A stretch of 64,000 nucleotides of DNA from the human T2T-CHM13v2.0 reference genome, Homo sapiens: positions 19,488,001 through 19,552,000 of the forward strand of contig CP086569.2 of assembly GCA_009914755.4 (NCBI GenBank). Reading direction: 5' to 3'. The position numbers and the translations under genes are program-made. Below are positions 39,265 through 52,193 of the stretch, in pieces. Each line of letters opens with the position of its first letter. Position 1 is the stretch's first letter. The notes under the pieces are model-generated. The model was not told where the DNA came from. It made no database searches and saw only the letters and a program-made list of their open reading frames with translations.

Positions 39265-40974
39265 TACATCATTTTTACAGCTGGAGCAAGGCCAATTCCC
39301 AGGAATGTTATATAAATTTGCAGAGGGTGTGCCCTTAGCATTAAACAACTGGGTATCATTGAGAAGCCCCAAGCAAGACTTGACGCTAGGGTAAAGCCTT
39401 GCTACTTTTAACATCTGGCAGCTGCAGTTTGCGATGCAGGCCAAAAATACTGCTGTAAATCCAGTGTGGTCTAAGACATGCCCTCAGAAACAGAATATGC
39501 TTTCTTAAGAAAAAAGAGATTCACTCCCACTTGCCAACATAGAATCCCTGCCACTGCTCATCCTCACCCTCTCTTGTCCGTTTACTCCCGGGATGACCAG
39601 CTCAAAAGACCACATGGATGACATTTGCAGCCCTGATGACTCCTTTACCCCAGAGACCTTGAACTCTCCTCATTTCCATGGCTCCATCCAATGACAGCAC
39701 AGTGCATTTTTGTTTCCAGTTTCCACCTGAAACCTAATCCTGCAATTCTCTACTCTTGGACAATTGTTATAATTCCACCTGCCAGTCTCTTTGGATCTAG
39801 TCTTTGATCCCTGAGACGGCTACTTAACACTCACATTCCTCCTGGTGTAGCAGTCACTTGCCCTCTCCTCTGCTTCCCTTCACTATGCAAGATAAGCCCA
39901 GAATCTGCAGTTAAATGGGCTGCCATTCTCACATCAAATAAGTTAGGCTCTGCAAAGCTCCAGTCCTTCAACATCTCCATCTTTTCAACCTCACGGAAAA
40001 GTGCAGAAGAGACAGATGCTTACAATTCCTCCCCAGACCTGCCAAAAAATAAAAATAAAAAATAAACTCACCTACAAGCACATGGTTTGGTCTCATTTAA
40101 TTTCAGCCTCCCCCAACTACAGCTGGGCCCTCAATACAAGTGATCAGTCCTGTCTGCTTTAAACAGCTGTTCTTCTGTTACTCCCATGAGCTACTCTGCA
40201 CCTCTAAGCTGCTCCTAAAACCCATGATCTAATGCTCTAATCTGCCTGAGAAGATGGGAGCTTATTTAGGGTGTGTTTCTCTTAATCCCAACTTGACTGT
40301 TCACCTCTGACACTCTTCCTTTTCCACTTGTCCCAGAGGAAGCAAATCTGTGTATATATTTCAAGGGCCACCCTTCTTTTTCTTTGCACTCTTTACCACA
40401 ATTCCTATTGCTCTCCTGGGACCTTGTCATCCCAATTGTGTGATCTCTTTCCTGGATCTTGAACCAACCTGCTAATAGCTGCAGGAAATAGTTACACAGT
40501 AAAATATTTGTAAATACCACTTCTTGATGCTTTTGAATTCTCTCAAGGATACTCTTTTCCCAAAAAATGATGGCTTCAGGCTCCGACTGACAAGCCTTCT
40601 CAAAATCTTTCCTGAACACAGTTAATTTTTCCCATACTTTCCTTTTGCTTTATTTTAATTTTTGCTATCTCAGCAGCTTAACAGAAGTTTATCTGCAAAT
40701 TGATCACAAAAAAATTAAAAATTTTAACTATTATACTCTAAGAAGAGTAACAAATATTGTCTTCACATCCAGGCTCAACATTAATGCTCTGTCCAAATAT
40801 ATTACATTTAGTTCATCTTTAGTTTTATCTCACTCACTATATTTGTAGGATTCACTCAAAAGGCATAAACAAATGTCAACAGAAATAAAAGTAATGTGCA
40901 CAATAGTGGAGTATCCCATTCTTTATTAAAATTCCTAGTTTTTTTTTTTTTCTATACCTTAGATTAAGACTTTA

Positions 40975-40980
40975 GAAGGC
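40975..40980. other. Left target-site duplication of the HERV-K provirus (GAAGGC)
   Basis: 'gaaggc|tgttgagacaacc' against the right side 'ctcaca|gaagac' (45424-45429). 5 of 6 positions match. Copy A has 'gaagac' in front of its stub. Confidence 0.6.
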
Positions 40981-41567
40981 TGTTGAGACAACCAGCCCCA
41001 CACCACCTAGCACGTACCCTGAGTCTGGTGGAGACAAAGGGTTAGAAAGAGATAGAATCAGTATTTAAAAGGCTGTTCCAGAGGACCAAAGCATCGGAGG
41101 CTTGCTCACCGTTCAGAGTTCCTGGGCTCCACCCAATTTGTTGGTTTACAAGCATTTTGATCTTAGGACAGATGGGAGCAGAAGGAAGGGATGAGGAAAA
41201 GGATTAATCAGTGTAGAGGAACTCGTGAGTCTTTCAATAAGCTACATAGTAGTGGCAGTTTCTGTGAATTTCCTTGAGCCAAAGGCATGTGTCTAAACTA
41301 CTTAAGATCTTTAACTTATCAGAACTGAAATGGGTGAGAGCAGCTTTCAGGAGGAGCCAAGATGTTTGATTATACTCCACCGCTTCAAGGGAGTGTTATC
41401 TCCCTGAGCAACCTGAGGAATGCCGCTGAGTGCTTATGCTCTGGGGGCATAAAGACATGGAGGCAATAAGGAGACTTTTCTCCTCAGCAGCCACCCATGG
41501 CTCCCCATGGATGTCTCACATAGGGGAGAACAACTCAACTGGCACCACAGAAACTCTCCTTTCCACA
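40981..41567 (-). mobile_element. 3' LTR of the HERV-K-type provirus
   Basis: Aligns to 44819-45423, for example 'gttagaaagagatagaatcagt(a/g)tttaaaagg', 'ggctccacccaatttgttggtttacaagc' and 'ggagacttttctcctcag(c/a)'. Confidence 0.8.
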
Positions 41568-41569
41568 TG

Positions 41570-43290
41570 TCTCTCTTTTTTGTCTTTATTAATTTTTTGA
41601 TTAATAACTGCCATTGCTATCATGGCTGGTGTCTGGCCTCTCACCCAAGGGGCTGTCTGCATCTGTTGACTAAAAACAAATAGCATAAGCAGACACAAAC
41701 CAAAATAAAATTTGCAATTGTTGATCCACCTATGGTTTTAATCTACTTTAAAGGAATGGTATTAGAAAAGCCATCAGTGGCTCCAGCAAGAATATCAGCT
41801 CCAGGCAACAGGATAAGATGAGCCTGAGATGACTCAAAAACTTGTTTTTTCAGTTTGGCAATATCTAGTGTTAAACTATGTTCTTTTCCTTGTGGGTGAT
41901 GTCTAATCATCTCTCAATGATGTTCAGTGACATTATAGGGCTAGGAGAAACACAAAAATCCAAAGTATTCCAATCACATTGCATTTGACTTCTACACTCC
42001 AAGCCAGTAGTCCAATCCCCCATCCAAATTACTGTCTGACAGAGATCATTAATTTGATTTGCCAATTTTTGATCTACTTGGCTTTGGGAATTCCAAAGCT
42101 TAGAAGAATTTTTCTGCCAACTATCCACAAAGCCCGCAGTTTGAATAGAAGAGTGCAAAGCAGCAACAGTGCAGAAGCAGTAGCTGTGACAGCTATAAGG
42201 CCCATGACCACAGCTATTAAAGTAAATATGAATCTCTTTGATCTATTAAATATTCCTTTTAGTACTTCAGTGATAATATGTATGGAGGGAGAGTCCTCCC
42301 AAGGTCTATTGAGGGAAACAAGTATCTGAATTCCTTCTCAGGCCCTAACCAGTAAAAATGCTATTATCTTTATTAAAGGTAGAATTAATGCAGGTAAAAA
42401 GGTGACAGTTAAGGCAGGGTATGGTTTCGGAGTCAGGTAGGAAATTAATTTTCCCGGCTGCCAACATAAAAGGAGGTTTAACAAAACTCTGCAATGGGAC
42501 CGTCTGATTAGAGGTCATGGCTACAGCAAATGAAAGTTTTTTACTATGAGTCTCTGTTTTATATTCTCCTATCCAAATCCAAACTGGGGTTTGAGCCATC
42601 ATTAATTTCCACAGTTCTGGATGTTCTGGTCTCATAACTGGATCGATCATTTTTGGGCTTGGAGGAGCCATACCATTCTCCTCCCACTTAATAGGGTAAT
42701 TTGTTTCAATTCTTCTACATAATTTTGGTGCATTATCTGGGTAGTCATTTGCAGGAGTCCCTCTACAATCTTTGCGCTGGCCAGTAAAATTTACTGCAAA
42801 GTGTCCCCTAGGGACCCAATCAATGGCGATGTTATAGGAATTATTTTACAGTAGCGCAGCACTGTTTGCAATACAATCTTCCCAAGTTAGCACCTCTAAC
42901 TTTTCAGGCCATTTAGTGGCCTGCCTAGGGCAGGGATTCATATTAGGTTTAAATTCAGTAATCTGGCAACGTGTCATAACATAGCCGTGCTCAAGTATTT
43001 AATAGTGTCCAAAGATTAAAATGTTGCTTCATTGATTGCATGAATAGAGGCTTTTGATGCATTTTGTGTAGGGACATTTATGTCCCACTTTATCATAATT
43101 TAAACATCCTGCTGCCAGCCCCAGGCAGATGGGAGGAAAGCGATAATCAATGGAAACATTCACCAACATTCCCGCCTGCTCTAGATGAGTAGGACCTTGC
43201 TTATCTGTTGGTCCATCCACCAGGAGGGTCTAACCACGCAACAGGCCTAATCAGTAGTGGGAATGGAATGTAGACCCAGTAAGTGTAATT
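41570..43290 (-). pseudogene. env: env remnant (SU from about residue 100, then TM) of a HERV-K (HML) provirus
   Basis: ORF fragments: '[23 protein letters not shown]', '[21 protein letters not shown]', 'RPEHPELWKLMMAQTPVWIWIGEYKTETHSKK...LQSFVKPPFMLAAGKINFLPDSETIPCLNCHLFTCINSTFN', '[47 protein letters not shown]...[12 protein letters not shown]'. They parallel HML-2 Env '[24 protein letters not shown]', '[21 protein letters not shown]', 'GPEHPELWRL...[41 protein letters not shown]' and '[49 protein letters not shown]...FQLQCDWNTSDFC'. Confidence 0.85.
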
Positions 43291-44700
43291 TTGATCTGCC
43301 TCTCCCTTACTAAGTCTAATTGCTGCCTGACATTCTGTATTAGCATTTTCATAAGCAAGCAGCTGAATAATCACTTTCCTGGCATGAGAATCTGAAACAG
43401 TCTTTTGAGCCGCGTCTTGGAAACAGGCGATAAAATCTGGATAAGTCTCCCTTGGACACTGTTGAAATGAGTTAAAAGAAGGATAAGTAGTACCAGGGTC
43501 ATGAATGTTTTCCCAGGTTCTTAGGCATAGAGTTCTGAACTGACCAACAGCCTCATCACCCATTACCATGGGTTCATTTACAGTACCCCATGCCTGTCCG
43601 ATTCCAAGCAATTGATCAGATGTGATATCAATGGCAGGTTGAGCTTGAGCATTTCTGTGTGCCGTATTTGTTGCTTCATCCATCCACCAGGGTTTAAATT
43701 GGAGAGATTCCATAGGTTAAATGCCAGTTATAAGCCACAGATTGTAACAAGGAATGAACATAAGGAAAATTTGGCCCCTATTTTCCAATTGCTTGCTTTA
43801 AGTCTTCTAATATTTTAAAAGTAAATGGCTCCCAGAGTGCCTCAGGATGTTCTCCAGGCTCCTCAGCAGGAAAAATAATTACTGGATACGGCCAAGCATC
43901 CAAATCCCCCATTTCTCGTGCCTGGCGAGTAGATGCCTTGATTGTCTCTGTGCCATAATTTGTATTTGGGCTGGATGAAAGCATTCCTTTACCACAATTA
44001 ACAGGTGGACAAGCCTGGATCATTCCCTCACTGTAACTGGCTGTTGGGTTAGCCTGAAGCTTCCTTTTGCCATAGTTAATGGCTGGGTGTGCAACAATGG
44101 GAGCGGCAAGCCAAGTCACAGGCTCCTTTAACAACAATTCATAAGGCTAAGGCGGAGCTGGCCGTTCCAGACGTTCCCATAAAGGCGCAGTAGTTGGCAC
44201 TGTTTCTGCTGTAGGTGGAACTCTTTCTTTCATAAGTTTTTTGGGGGTTAGCATATAGAGCTTCTGGTTTCTTCCCCTTATTTAAAACTAGACTGTGATG
44301 GTTCACTTTGCTGATCGTCAGACTCATGGTTATTAAACTTTTCTATGTCACCCTGAAACTCCTCCTCATCCTCTGGGTGGAAGGGCTCCAGTGCAGTTTT
44401 AATTGCTGACCACACAGACCAAGCAGAGAAGGGAATATCATGGCCCTCTTGCTGTGCTTGTTTTAAGTCTCATCCAACTTTATCCCAATCTTCTACATTC
44501 ATGGTTCCATATTCCAGGAACCAAGGAGAAAACTTTTCTAGGTTATGGAACAAAGAAGTGAGATTTTGGGTACTCACAATTATCCCTCTGAGGCACAATA
44601 ACTGCTGCAGCAGGCTAAATAATTGGCAAACTTACTTTCAGTCTGACCTATATTTTCTTGAGGTTACCCTGGAATTCTCTGAGTGCCCTACTTACCCACG
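43291..44700 (-). pseudogene. gag: gag remnant (matrix/p15 through capsid, up to the 'AYENAN(P/T)ECQ' major-homology-region area) of a HERV-K (HML) provirus
   Basis: 'LQFKPWWMDEA...IDITSDQLLGIGQAWGT...LCLRTWENIHDPGTTYPSFNSF...YPDFIACFQDAAQKTVSDSHARKVIIQLLAYENANTECQAAIRLSKGE' against HML-2 Gag 'LQFKTWWIDGV...NIDADQLLGIGQNWST...ICLRAWEKIQDPGSTCPSFNTV...YPDFVARLQDVAQKSIADEKARKVIVELMAYENANPECQSAIKPLKGK'. Also 'AWPYPVIIFPAEEPGE' against 'AWQFPVTLEPMPPGE'. Confidence 0.85.
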
Positions 44701-44818
44701 GAGCTTGAAGTGAAAATGTACTCGGGCCTCCTTCATCAGGCGTCCTCCACTTTCCACTCTCTGTCATTTCTTTACCAGATTATTTGTAGAGATTACTTGG
44801 AGCACTGTGTTGTGTGCC

Positions 44819-45423
44819 ACATGGGGAAACCATCCCCTCACCACCCAGTGGGTCCCCTGAGTCCCGTGCAGACAAAGGAGTTAGAAAGAGATAGAATCAG
44901 TGTTTAAAAGGTGGGTTAAGGGAACTGCAGTGTCAAAGGCTTGTTCATGGCCCAGAGTTCTTAGGCTCCACCCAATTTGTTGGTTTACAAGCTCTTTGTT
45001 CTTATGTCAGATGGGAGGGGGGAGGAAGGGATGAAGAAAAGGATTAATCAATGAAGGAGAAGTCATGAGTCATTCAATAAGATGTGTAGCAGTGGCAGTT
45101 TCTGTGAATTTTCTTGAGTAAAGGTGTGTGTTTAAACTACTTAAGATATTTAACATATTGGGACTGAAGCAGGTGGGAGCAGGTTTCAGGAGGAGCCAAG
45201 ACGTTTGATTACACTCCACTCTTTCCAGGGAGTGTTATCTCCCCGAGGAACCTGTAGAATGCCACTGAGTGGATATGCTCTCTGAGTGGTTACGCTCTCA
45301 GGGCATAAAGACATGAAGGCAATAAGGAGACTTTTCTCCTCAGAGGCCACTCATGGCTCGCCATGGGTGTCTCACACAGGGGAGACAAACTCAACTGGCA
45401 ACCCAGATACACTTTTTCTCACA
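44819..45423 (-). mobile_element. 5' LTR of the HERV-K-type provirus; carries a short internal duplication ('gagtggatatgctctctgagtggttacgctctc') not present in the other LTR
   Basis: Alignment with 40981-41567. The downstream PBS region, minus strand 'TGGCACACAACACAGTGC', is only an 11/18 match to the tRNA-Lys PBS. Confidence 0.8.
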
Positions 45424-47645
45424 GAAGACAAACAAAAATGTCACTCTTGTTAACAATAACAAGGTAAAGCTTACATTTTGACACATTTCTGCCTGAACTT
45501 GCTCTTTTATTTCTCTCTCATATTCATTTAGCTTTATTTCTAAAGACTCACCCTTGATATGCTGAGAGTAAGCATCTGCAAACTGATCATCAATAAGCTG
45601 AAACTTCCCAGGTATTAAAAAATAACATGTCAAAAGAGGACATAGAAGCATGGTCAGGTGTGTAAGAGGCCAGTTTTCTTTTTCAAAGGTAAAGAGTATA
45701 CTTAGGGGAAAGCATGGGTGTCTGCGATTTACTTCAAAATACACAAAAAAAGAAAGATGGATGTGTGGATAAACAGATAAAAGTAATGAAGCATATATAA
45801 TGCCAATGTAATAATGGAATTTAGGTGGGAGGTTTATAAGTGTTTGATAGAATTCTTTCTACTTTTCTATATGTTTCAAAATGTTCATCATAAAATGTTG
45901 GAGGAAATAGAAATTGAAGAGTACAGTTAAAGTCAGAAAATACTGCTGTCTCTTCCTATTAACTAAATGCTAAGGAAGAGAGCTCTTTATCGGACTTTTG
46001 TTAAAATTGACTTCAGATTCAAAACAATAACTGTAAAGGAATCAAAGGTCATGTTACTTCAATGCCTCCACTTTGCAGATAAAGAACACATACCAATATA
46101 GCTGAAAAAGTGATTAAATAACAGCATAGCCAGGACTAAAATGAGACCGACTGACTCTTTCTTCCATTAGTCAAGTGGGCCTCAAACCAACTATGGACTA
46201 AAATCAACCACACAGCAGAGTGCAAATCTGAACCCAGGGTACAATCTTGAGCATGTGTAACACACCAAAAAAGTATGCCCAGTGGGAAAAAGGCTGGCAG
46301 AAGTAGACGATAACATTGATAGTGTTTGTCCCTGGTAGGCATGACTTTAGACATGTTTTTTCATCTACTTTTCTGTATTTTTCAAATGCTGTCCTACACA
46401 AGACCCTCCAGCCACATACAGCCATTGACACTGGAAAGGCGACCAGTCTGAACTGAGATGTGCCTTAAATGTAAAAAACACATGAGATTTCAAAACTTAG
46501 TGCAAAAACAAAGCAAAAAGAAAGTGAAATATCTCATTCATATTTTTATATTGAACACATGTTGAAATCATATTTTGGATGTATTGGATTAAATATATTG
46601 TTAAAGCTAATTTTATCTATTTCTTTTTACTGTTTTCAATGTGGCTACTAGAAAACTGAACATTATGTATGTGGCTCACCTATTGGACAGCACTGCTTGA
46701 TAATTATCAAGTAAAATGTTTCTAATGGAATTAAACCTACACTTAATTAAAGGCATAGTCAGATAATACAAATTTTGAATTTATCTTCTAACATGTTATT
46801 GTTACTATTTAAGAATAAGGAAGGCCCAAAAATCCATTAAGCACATCATTTTAAACAGCTGTCTCCCATCTCTACTGAGTGCAAAACTGAAGGGCAAGAT
46901 GGTATTGTCGACCCGCTGCGTAGTACACAAAATCTAGATCATGGATGGGAGAATTCGGACATCACTAGCTGCTCTGAGGCAGATTGAACGTTTTCAATTT
47001 GCCCTCCCTCTGAGGACCTCGATTTCCTCCACTGTAAATTGAAGCGATGAGCCAATTACTTCTCTAGTTCTCTGCAAAACAAATAGTCCATAATCTTCTA
47101 CCTTGGTTGCTGTAAACTTAAGACAAGACACGAGGAAGGACCTCCCAGTTAAGAGAGGTAAAACTCAACAAACAGGGAAGATTTTGGGCCTTTGAATCCT
47201 TGCATGCTTTGGCCAATGTAGCCCTGGCATGCATGAGGCCAGGAAATGACATTGGAGAGCACTTGCTGGGCCCCCAGGATGATTCCAGAAAAAGTAAATT
47301 CCCCTTTTCCCTGCAGGCTGCATCCCTCTTGTTCAAGAAGCAACCACACAACTTGGTAAATCAGGTAGCTTCCTTCATTCAAAATGGAAACAACAGAATT
47401 GAAATTAAGAAAGAAGACTGTAATTACCTAGAGAATCTCTGATAAATGGCAAAGTTGTCTGTGTTTCCATGTTACAACTCTTTTTAGCTTGATGATATTC
47501 TGCTAATTATTTTAATAAATGCATACAAAAACCTAAAAAAAAATGCATTCAGTTTTTTTTCCTCAGAGCTTTCAGCCACTGCTCAGACACTGTTTACACA
47601 ATCTTCGTTTTATGACAGTATCATTTTATACATCGTGTATGTTTC

Positions 47646-47941
47646 TTTTTTGTAGAGACAGAATCTTGCTCTGTCACAAATGCTGGAGTGCAGCGGTGTA
47701 ATCATGGCTCGCTACAGCCTCGAACTCCTGAGCTCAAGCAGTCCTCGCACTTTAGCCTCCCAAGTAACTGTGACTAGAGGCAACTACCACCACCTGCCAC
47801 GTAAAGCTAATTTTAATTTTTTGTGCAGACAGGGTCTTCCTATGTTGCGCAGGCTGCTCTCAAACCCATGACCTCAAGCGATCCTACTGCCTGGGCCTCG
47901 TAAAGTGCTGAGATCACAAGCATGAGCCACTGTGCCCAGTC
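47646..47941 (-). mobile_element. Alu SINE (minus), paralogue of 32911-33202
   Basis: 'tttttttgtagagacagaatcttgctctgtcacaaatgctggagtgcagcggtgtaatcatggctcgc...'. Confidence 0.9.
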
Positions 47942-48109
47942 ACAGCTTCTAAGAATAAATCTGAGGAAAGACCTTTCCAAGCATGCTACAAAATGTGGCA
48001 TAAATAATGATAAATATTTATGAATTTAATGACTTAAAACTTGAAAAATTTACATATGATATAAAATAAACAAAGCACACTGCAATAATATGGAGTCATA
48101 AGTGTATAG

Positions 48110-48740
48110 GAGTTATTAAGAAATCATTTTAAGCAGATAGAGAAAACCTGGTGTCCTTGGAACGTTTTTGTCTCATTTAAAGCAGCTCCAGAAAAGTTTC
48201 CTGTCTAGCCGGAAAGGCCTGGCTCTTGGAGTCGGGCAGGCAAATTTTGATATGCAAATGTCCGCCGTCAGAAACTGAGTCCACCCAAACATGGCTTCCT
48301 GCTCTCTTCTCCTTGACCTTGCCCCCACAAATGCCTGGCCACATGGCCTCCCCCACATATCCCCAGGTATGCAGAACATCCTGGTACCCTGCATCTGCAT
48401 TCTAAAAGTCTGGGCGGAGCGGGGGGAGGGCCAGTATTTTAGGGGCTACATGAGTGAGGAGACTGGTCAAACCAATCCCCTGAGCCTATAGAAATCAGGC
48501 ACCACCTCCTCCAGCCTCCTTATGCAGCTGGCTGGTTTCTGCCTCACTTAGGCTTTCCTTTCTCGGGTTTGGAGCCCCTCCTTCCCTCTCTCTTTGTACA
48601 GAGAGGCTTCTTCCTTCTTTCTTCTTCCTTCTTTCTGCCTATTAAATGCTCTGCTCCTTAAAACCACTTCACGTGTGTCTGTGTTATTCTACCCAATTAG
48701 CAGGATACAAAAGCCCTAGTGTTTCTCCACTCGTCAGAGC
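48110..48740 (+). mobile_element. MaLR-type LTR, copy-B paralogue of 33361-33955
   Basis: Colinear with the copy-A element: 'ggagttattaagaaatcattttaagcagatagagaaaacc...'. Confidence 0.45.
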
Positions 48741-50023
48741 TGAGTCATTTTGGTGCATTGCATGGGAATCCAAGGTACAGTCTTCCTCAGAGTGGTGAGT
48801 ATGGAAGCAAGCTTAAAACCTGTTCTATCACTCTGAGGTGCAGTTAGCCTCTATATTAAAATAAATCCAATAAATCAATGGAAATCCATCAGCCTAGTAC
48901 CTACTGTTAGCGTTAACTGCCGTAATAAAAACATGGATGTGAGGCTAGCTGGGGAGAACATGGAGAACACCACATTACAAATGGGTATTGAATTTCTGAC
49001 CGGGGCACATGCTGGCATGATTCAGAGGCCAATGACCTGGACGCAGCCTCCGACAGCCCATTTAGGGTGTTTGCAGAGAATCCTTAACTATCCTTTTGCA
49101 AAACTCTTCTTCTCCATCTCCAGCCTCTTAATCCTTCTCTGCATGAAATGGGCAGGGATTGTTACAGTCTAGGAACAGAGTTTTCCCCTTTTCCTCTGTG
49201 GTGAGTTTACTTGTTGCCACTTCTCTGGTGAGCACATAGCATTTCTCAGCCAACACCACCACCTAGTGAAAATGGAAATCCTCTAAGAAGCACACTTTGT
49301 TCCTGTTTTTTTCAGTGCAAGTCCAAAGCTTTCTTTCACACTGTTAGAAATCAGGCTCTAGGCCTCTTCTGAGATCGACAGTTTCTGCCTTTAGCAATTA
49401 GGAGTAAGATGTTTTCTGTAGACAAATTTTAGCCTCCATAGTGTCCCACTGGCAGGAAAATAATCCTCCATTTGGTTCCTATGTTCCTTTAAAGCTTCTA
49501 TTATCTCTCCTATTAAGACGGTATTTAATTAGTAAGAGGACTTTAAGTCCAGAAGTTAATGGGAACCATTTCACTATGGGTACATGCTTTACTACTGGCC
49601 ACAATGGCAGAACATAGAGTTCAATCTAGCAGACACTTCTCTTAAAGGGGTCTTGCCTAATTGCATTGTTTTTCCTGAAATCCATTTTTTAAGAAAGGCA
49701 TGCAGGCAACACAAGTCTAAGAAATAAAAGGAAAATAAAGGAAAGAGGAATAAGACTGCTTGTGGAAGGCAATACCATTACCCAAAAGTTTAGTTTCTCT
49801 GGTAACATGGCTTAAAATGTCATGACTGCAGTCATGGGTGTCACATTTAAATGGGAGCTGAATTTCAGGAGCAAAGAAAAACTACAGTTACAGAACACCC
49901 CCTAATGTACTAATCTCCTTTCGGAATCACATACTGAAAGGAAGGAGAGTAAAAAGGTGCTTTTATTCTTACCTCTCTTTCTAGATTGGTAACAGATAGT
50001 CTTTAACATCCATTCCCTTGGAA

Positions 50024-50125
50024 TATATATATATATATATATATATACATATTCGTATATGCATATATGTATATATGTATATATACGTATACACACACAC
50101 ACACACCACACACACACACACACAT
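50024..50125. repeat. Compound (TA)n ... (CA)n microsatellite (copy-B paralogue)
   Basis: Read directly. Confidence 0.9.
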
Positions 50126-50153
50126 ATGTATATTTATTTATATGCCTGTGTGT

Positions 50154-50433
50154 GAGACAGAATCTTACTCTGTCACCCATGCTGGAGTGCATTGGTGAGG
50201 TCTTGGCTCACTGGAAACTCTGCCTCTTGGGGTCAAGGGATTCTTGTGCCTCAGCCTCATGAGCAGCTGGAACTACTGGCACGCACCAACACACCTGGCT
50301 AGTTTTAGTATTTTTAGTAGCGATGCGGTTTCACCATGTTGGTCAGCCTAGTCTCAAACTCCTGACCTCATAATCTGCACGCCACAGCCTCCCAGAGTGC
50401 TGGGATTACAGGCGTGAACCACCGCACCTGGCT
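50154..50433 (-). mobile_element. Alu SINE (minus), paralogue of 35387-35664
   Basis: 'gagacagaatcttactctgtcacccatgctggagtgcattggtgaggtcttggctcactgg...'. Confidence 0.9.
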
Positions 50434-52193
50434 GAGTGTATTTTAAAGTGCTTGGATTCCTTCAACCCTGAAACTTTGAAGAAATAGTTTATTTACTTTT
50501 GCACAATGGCATGGCCTTCTTACTACAGCTTTGTAAGTGTTGCAGAATAACCCAGCGCATTTAGCAATCCTATCAGGCAGTCCCAAAGAGAAAAATTACC
50601 CAAAATTAGAGAAGCAAGTTTCAGGGGAACCATCTGAGGATTCCCTTATTTGGGGCCCCTTCAAGTTCTCTCTTCTCATTGGAGGAACTTTGGAAAATAA
50701 AGGGAGGTCATGCCAAATTTCTGATGATCCTGATAGACACATAGGCGCTTTCCAAAATTTAACTTAGGTATTTCATCTCTTTTGAAGGAATGTTTTTCTG
50801 CTCCTAAGCCAAAGTCTAACTTCAGCTAAAAGAGGCAGCTCTGCAAGCAAAAGAAAATTGTGGAGATGAGCAACATGTCTTCTATAGTAGGCTAAAAGGG
50901 AAAAGAGAAACTTTCCCTAGGTAAAGAAATAGGGGAAATACCATTCCCTATAGGAAAAGGGGCAATACCTCTTGAAAATTTTAACTGGAACTTCTTTCTA
51001 TAGTGTTTTTCATTTTTTTTTTTTTTGTGATTTAATATGGCTTCTATATCTTTCATACTGTTCATCCAATCTTGGAAAAGTTAATTTCCAAACCTTAAAA
51101 TGCTTGGCTTAGAGTTGAGCTAGAAGAAAGGAAATGTAGAAGCCTGATATGCTGGCAAAAGGGTAAAAATTTCTTACCAGTTGGTCTTTGGCTTCTCTCT
51201 CCCTTAGTAAATGGGTAAAAAAGAAAATAAGGATTATTGTTTATATTCTAGGTAAATTTATAAATAACGAAAAAAGATTTATGAGGTTGATCTTAAGTTG
51301 TAGACTATTTGTGTGCTTTGCATGTCCTTCTGTATCTTTCTGTCAACAAAAGGGTATCTTAAGTCAGGGTGAAGGCCCAAGACCCCATAAGCCTTCTGTG
51401 CAAGCCAGAGCAACTAAATGGTCAGTAACAAACTGGGTTACAGTCCTACATCTTGTTCCATGTCCTTGGGAACATAACCTGTAACTATGTGGCAATAATT
51501 GGTTTTAGTCTCTGCCATTTTACAAAGGTGGCTTTCTTCTTCTGCTAAGTCAGTTCATGGGTGAGGGCCACAAAATCCGATAAGCCAGTTTTTCAATCTG
51601 GGTGGTCCCAGCTGATCCACCAAGGGCAGGGTTTATACAATATCTTAAGCACTGATCTTGAAAGCAGTTTAGGGAAGGTCAAAACCTTGTAGCCTCCACC
51701 TCCCTGACACCTAAGCCATGGCCCCTAACCTTGTGGTTAGCTTCTCATTCTGGGCTCCAGTCAAGAGGAAAGGATATCTTGGGAAGCAGCTGTTATCATC
51801 TTTGTTTTAGACTGTAGACTGTAAACCAGGCTCCTCCTAAAGTTGGCTCAGCCTAAGCCCAGGGATTGGCAAAGACAGCTTGAGGGCAACAAATGAAACA
51901 GATTTGTTTAGGTCAATGCTCTTTCACTGTCTCCATCAAAATTTTGCAATGAAAGATTCAAAAGCTGACTATTATTCCTCTGAAAATACCTTGGACACTA
52001 GCTTTTAAGTCATAACATGAGTTGGTTTTATCTATGAGATTATATTTTGTAAAGTTCAAAAGCCAAAATTCTTAACTGCTTGGCAGGGCTAAAGTCAAGT
52101 AATAAAAAATTTTTTAAAGAATTTTCTTAAAACGTGTTCAGGTTAATTAAAAGTAGGTGTTCTAGTTGTTGATATATTTAAAAAATTTTGGGG

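Larger units (their letters stand above)
40981..45423 (-). mobile_element. HERV-K superfamily (HML-type) provirus, pol-deleted, with a gag-env in-frame fusion and flanking ~590-600-bp LTRs
   Basis: LTRs at 40981-41567 and 44819-45423 are ~85% identical, start 'tgttg...' and end '...caca'. Between them, minus-strand ORFs match HERV-K Gag matrix and capsid and Env SU and TM in collinear order. Confidence 0.85.

Noticed and set aside
41979-42329. 116-aa plus-strand ORF
   Set aside because: It is antisense to the HERV-K env remnant, and the real homology is on the minus strand.
49902-50262. ORFs with 'YIYIYIY'/'HTHTHTH' and 'CVCVCV' repeats (also at 59144-59843 and 62176-62414)
   Set aside because: They are translations of (TA)n, (CA)n and (GT)n microsatellites.
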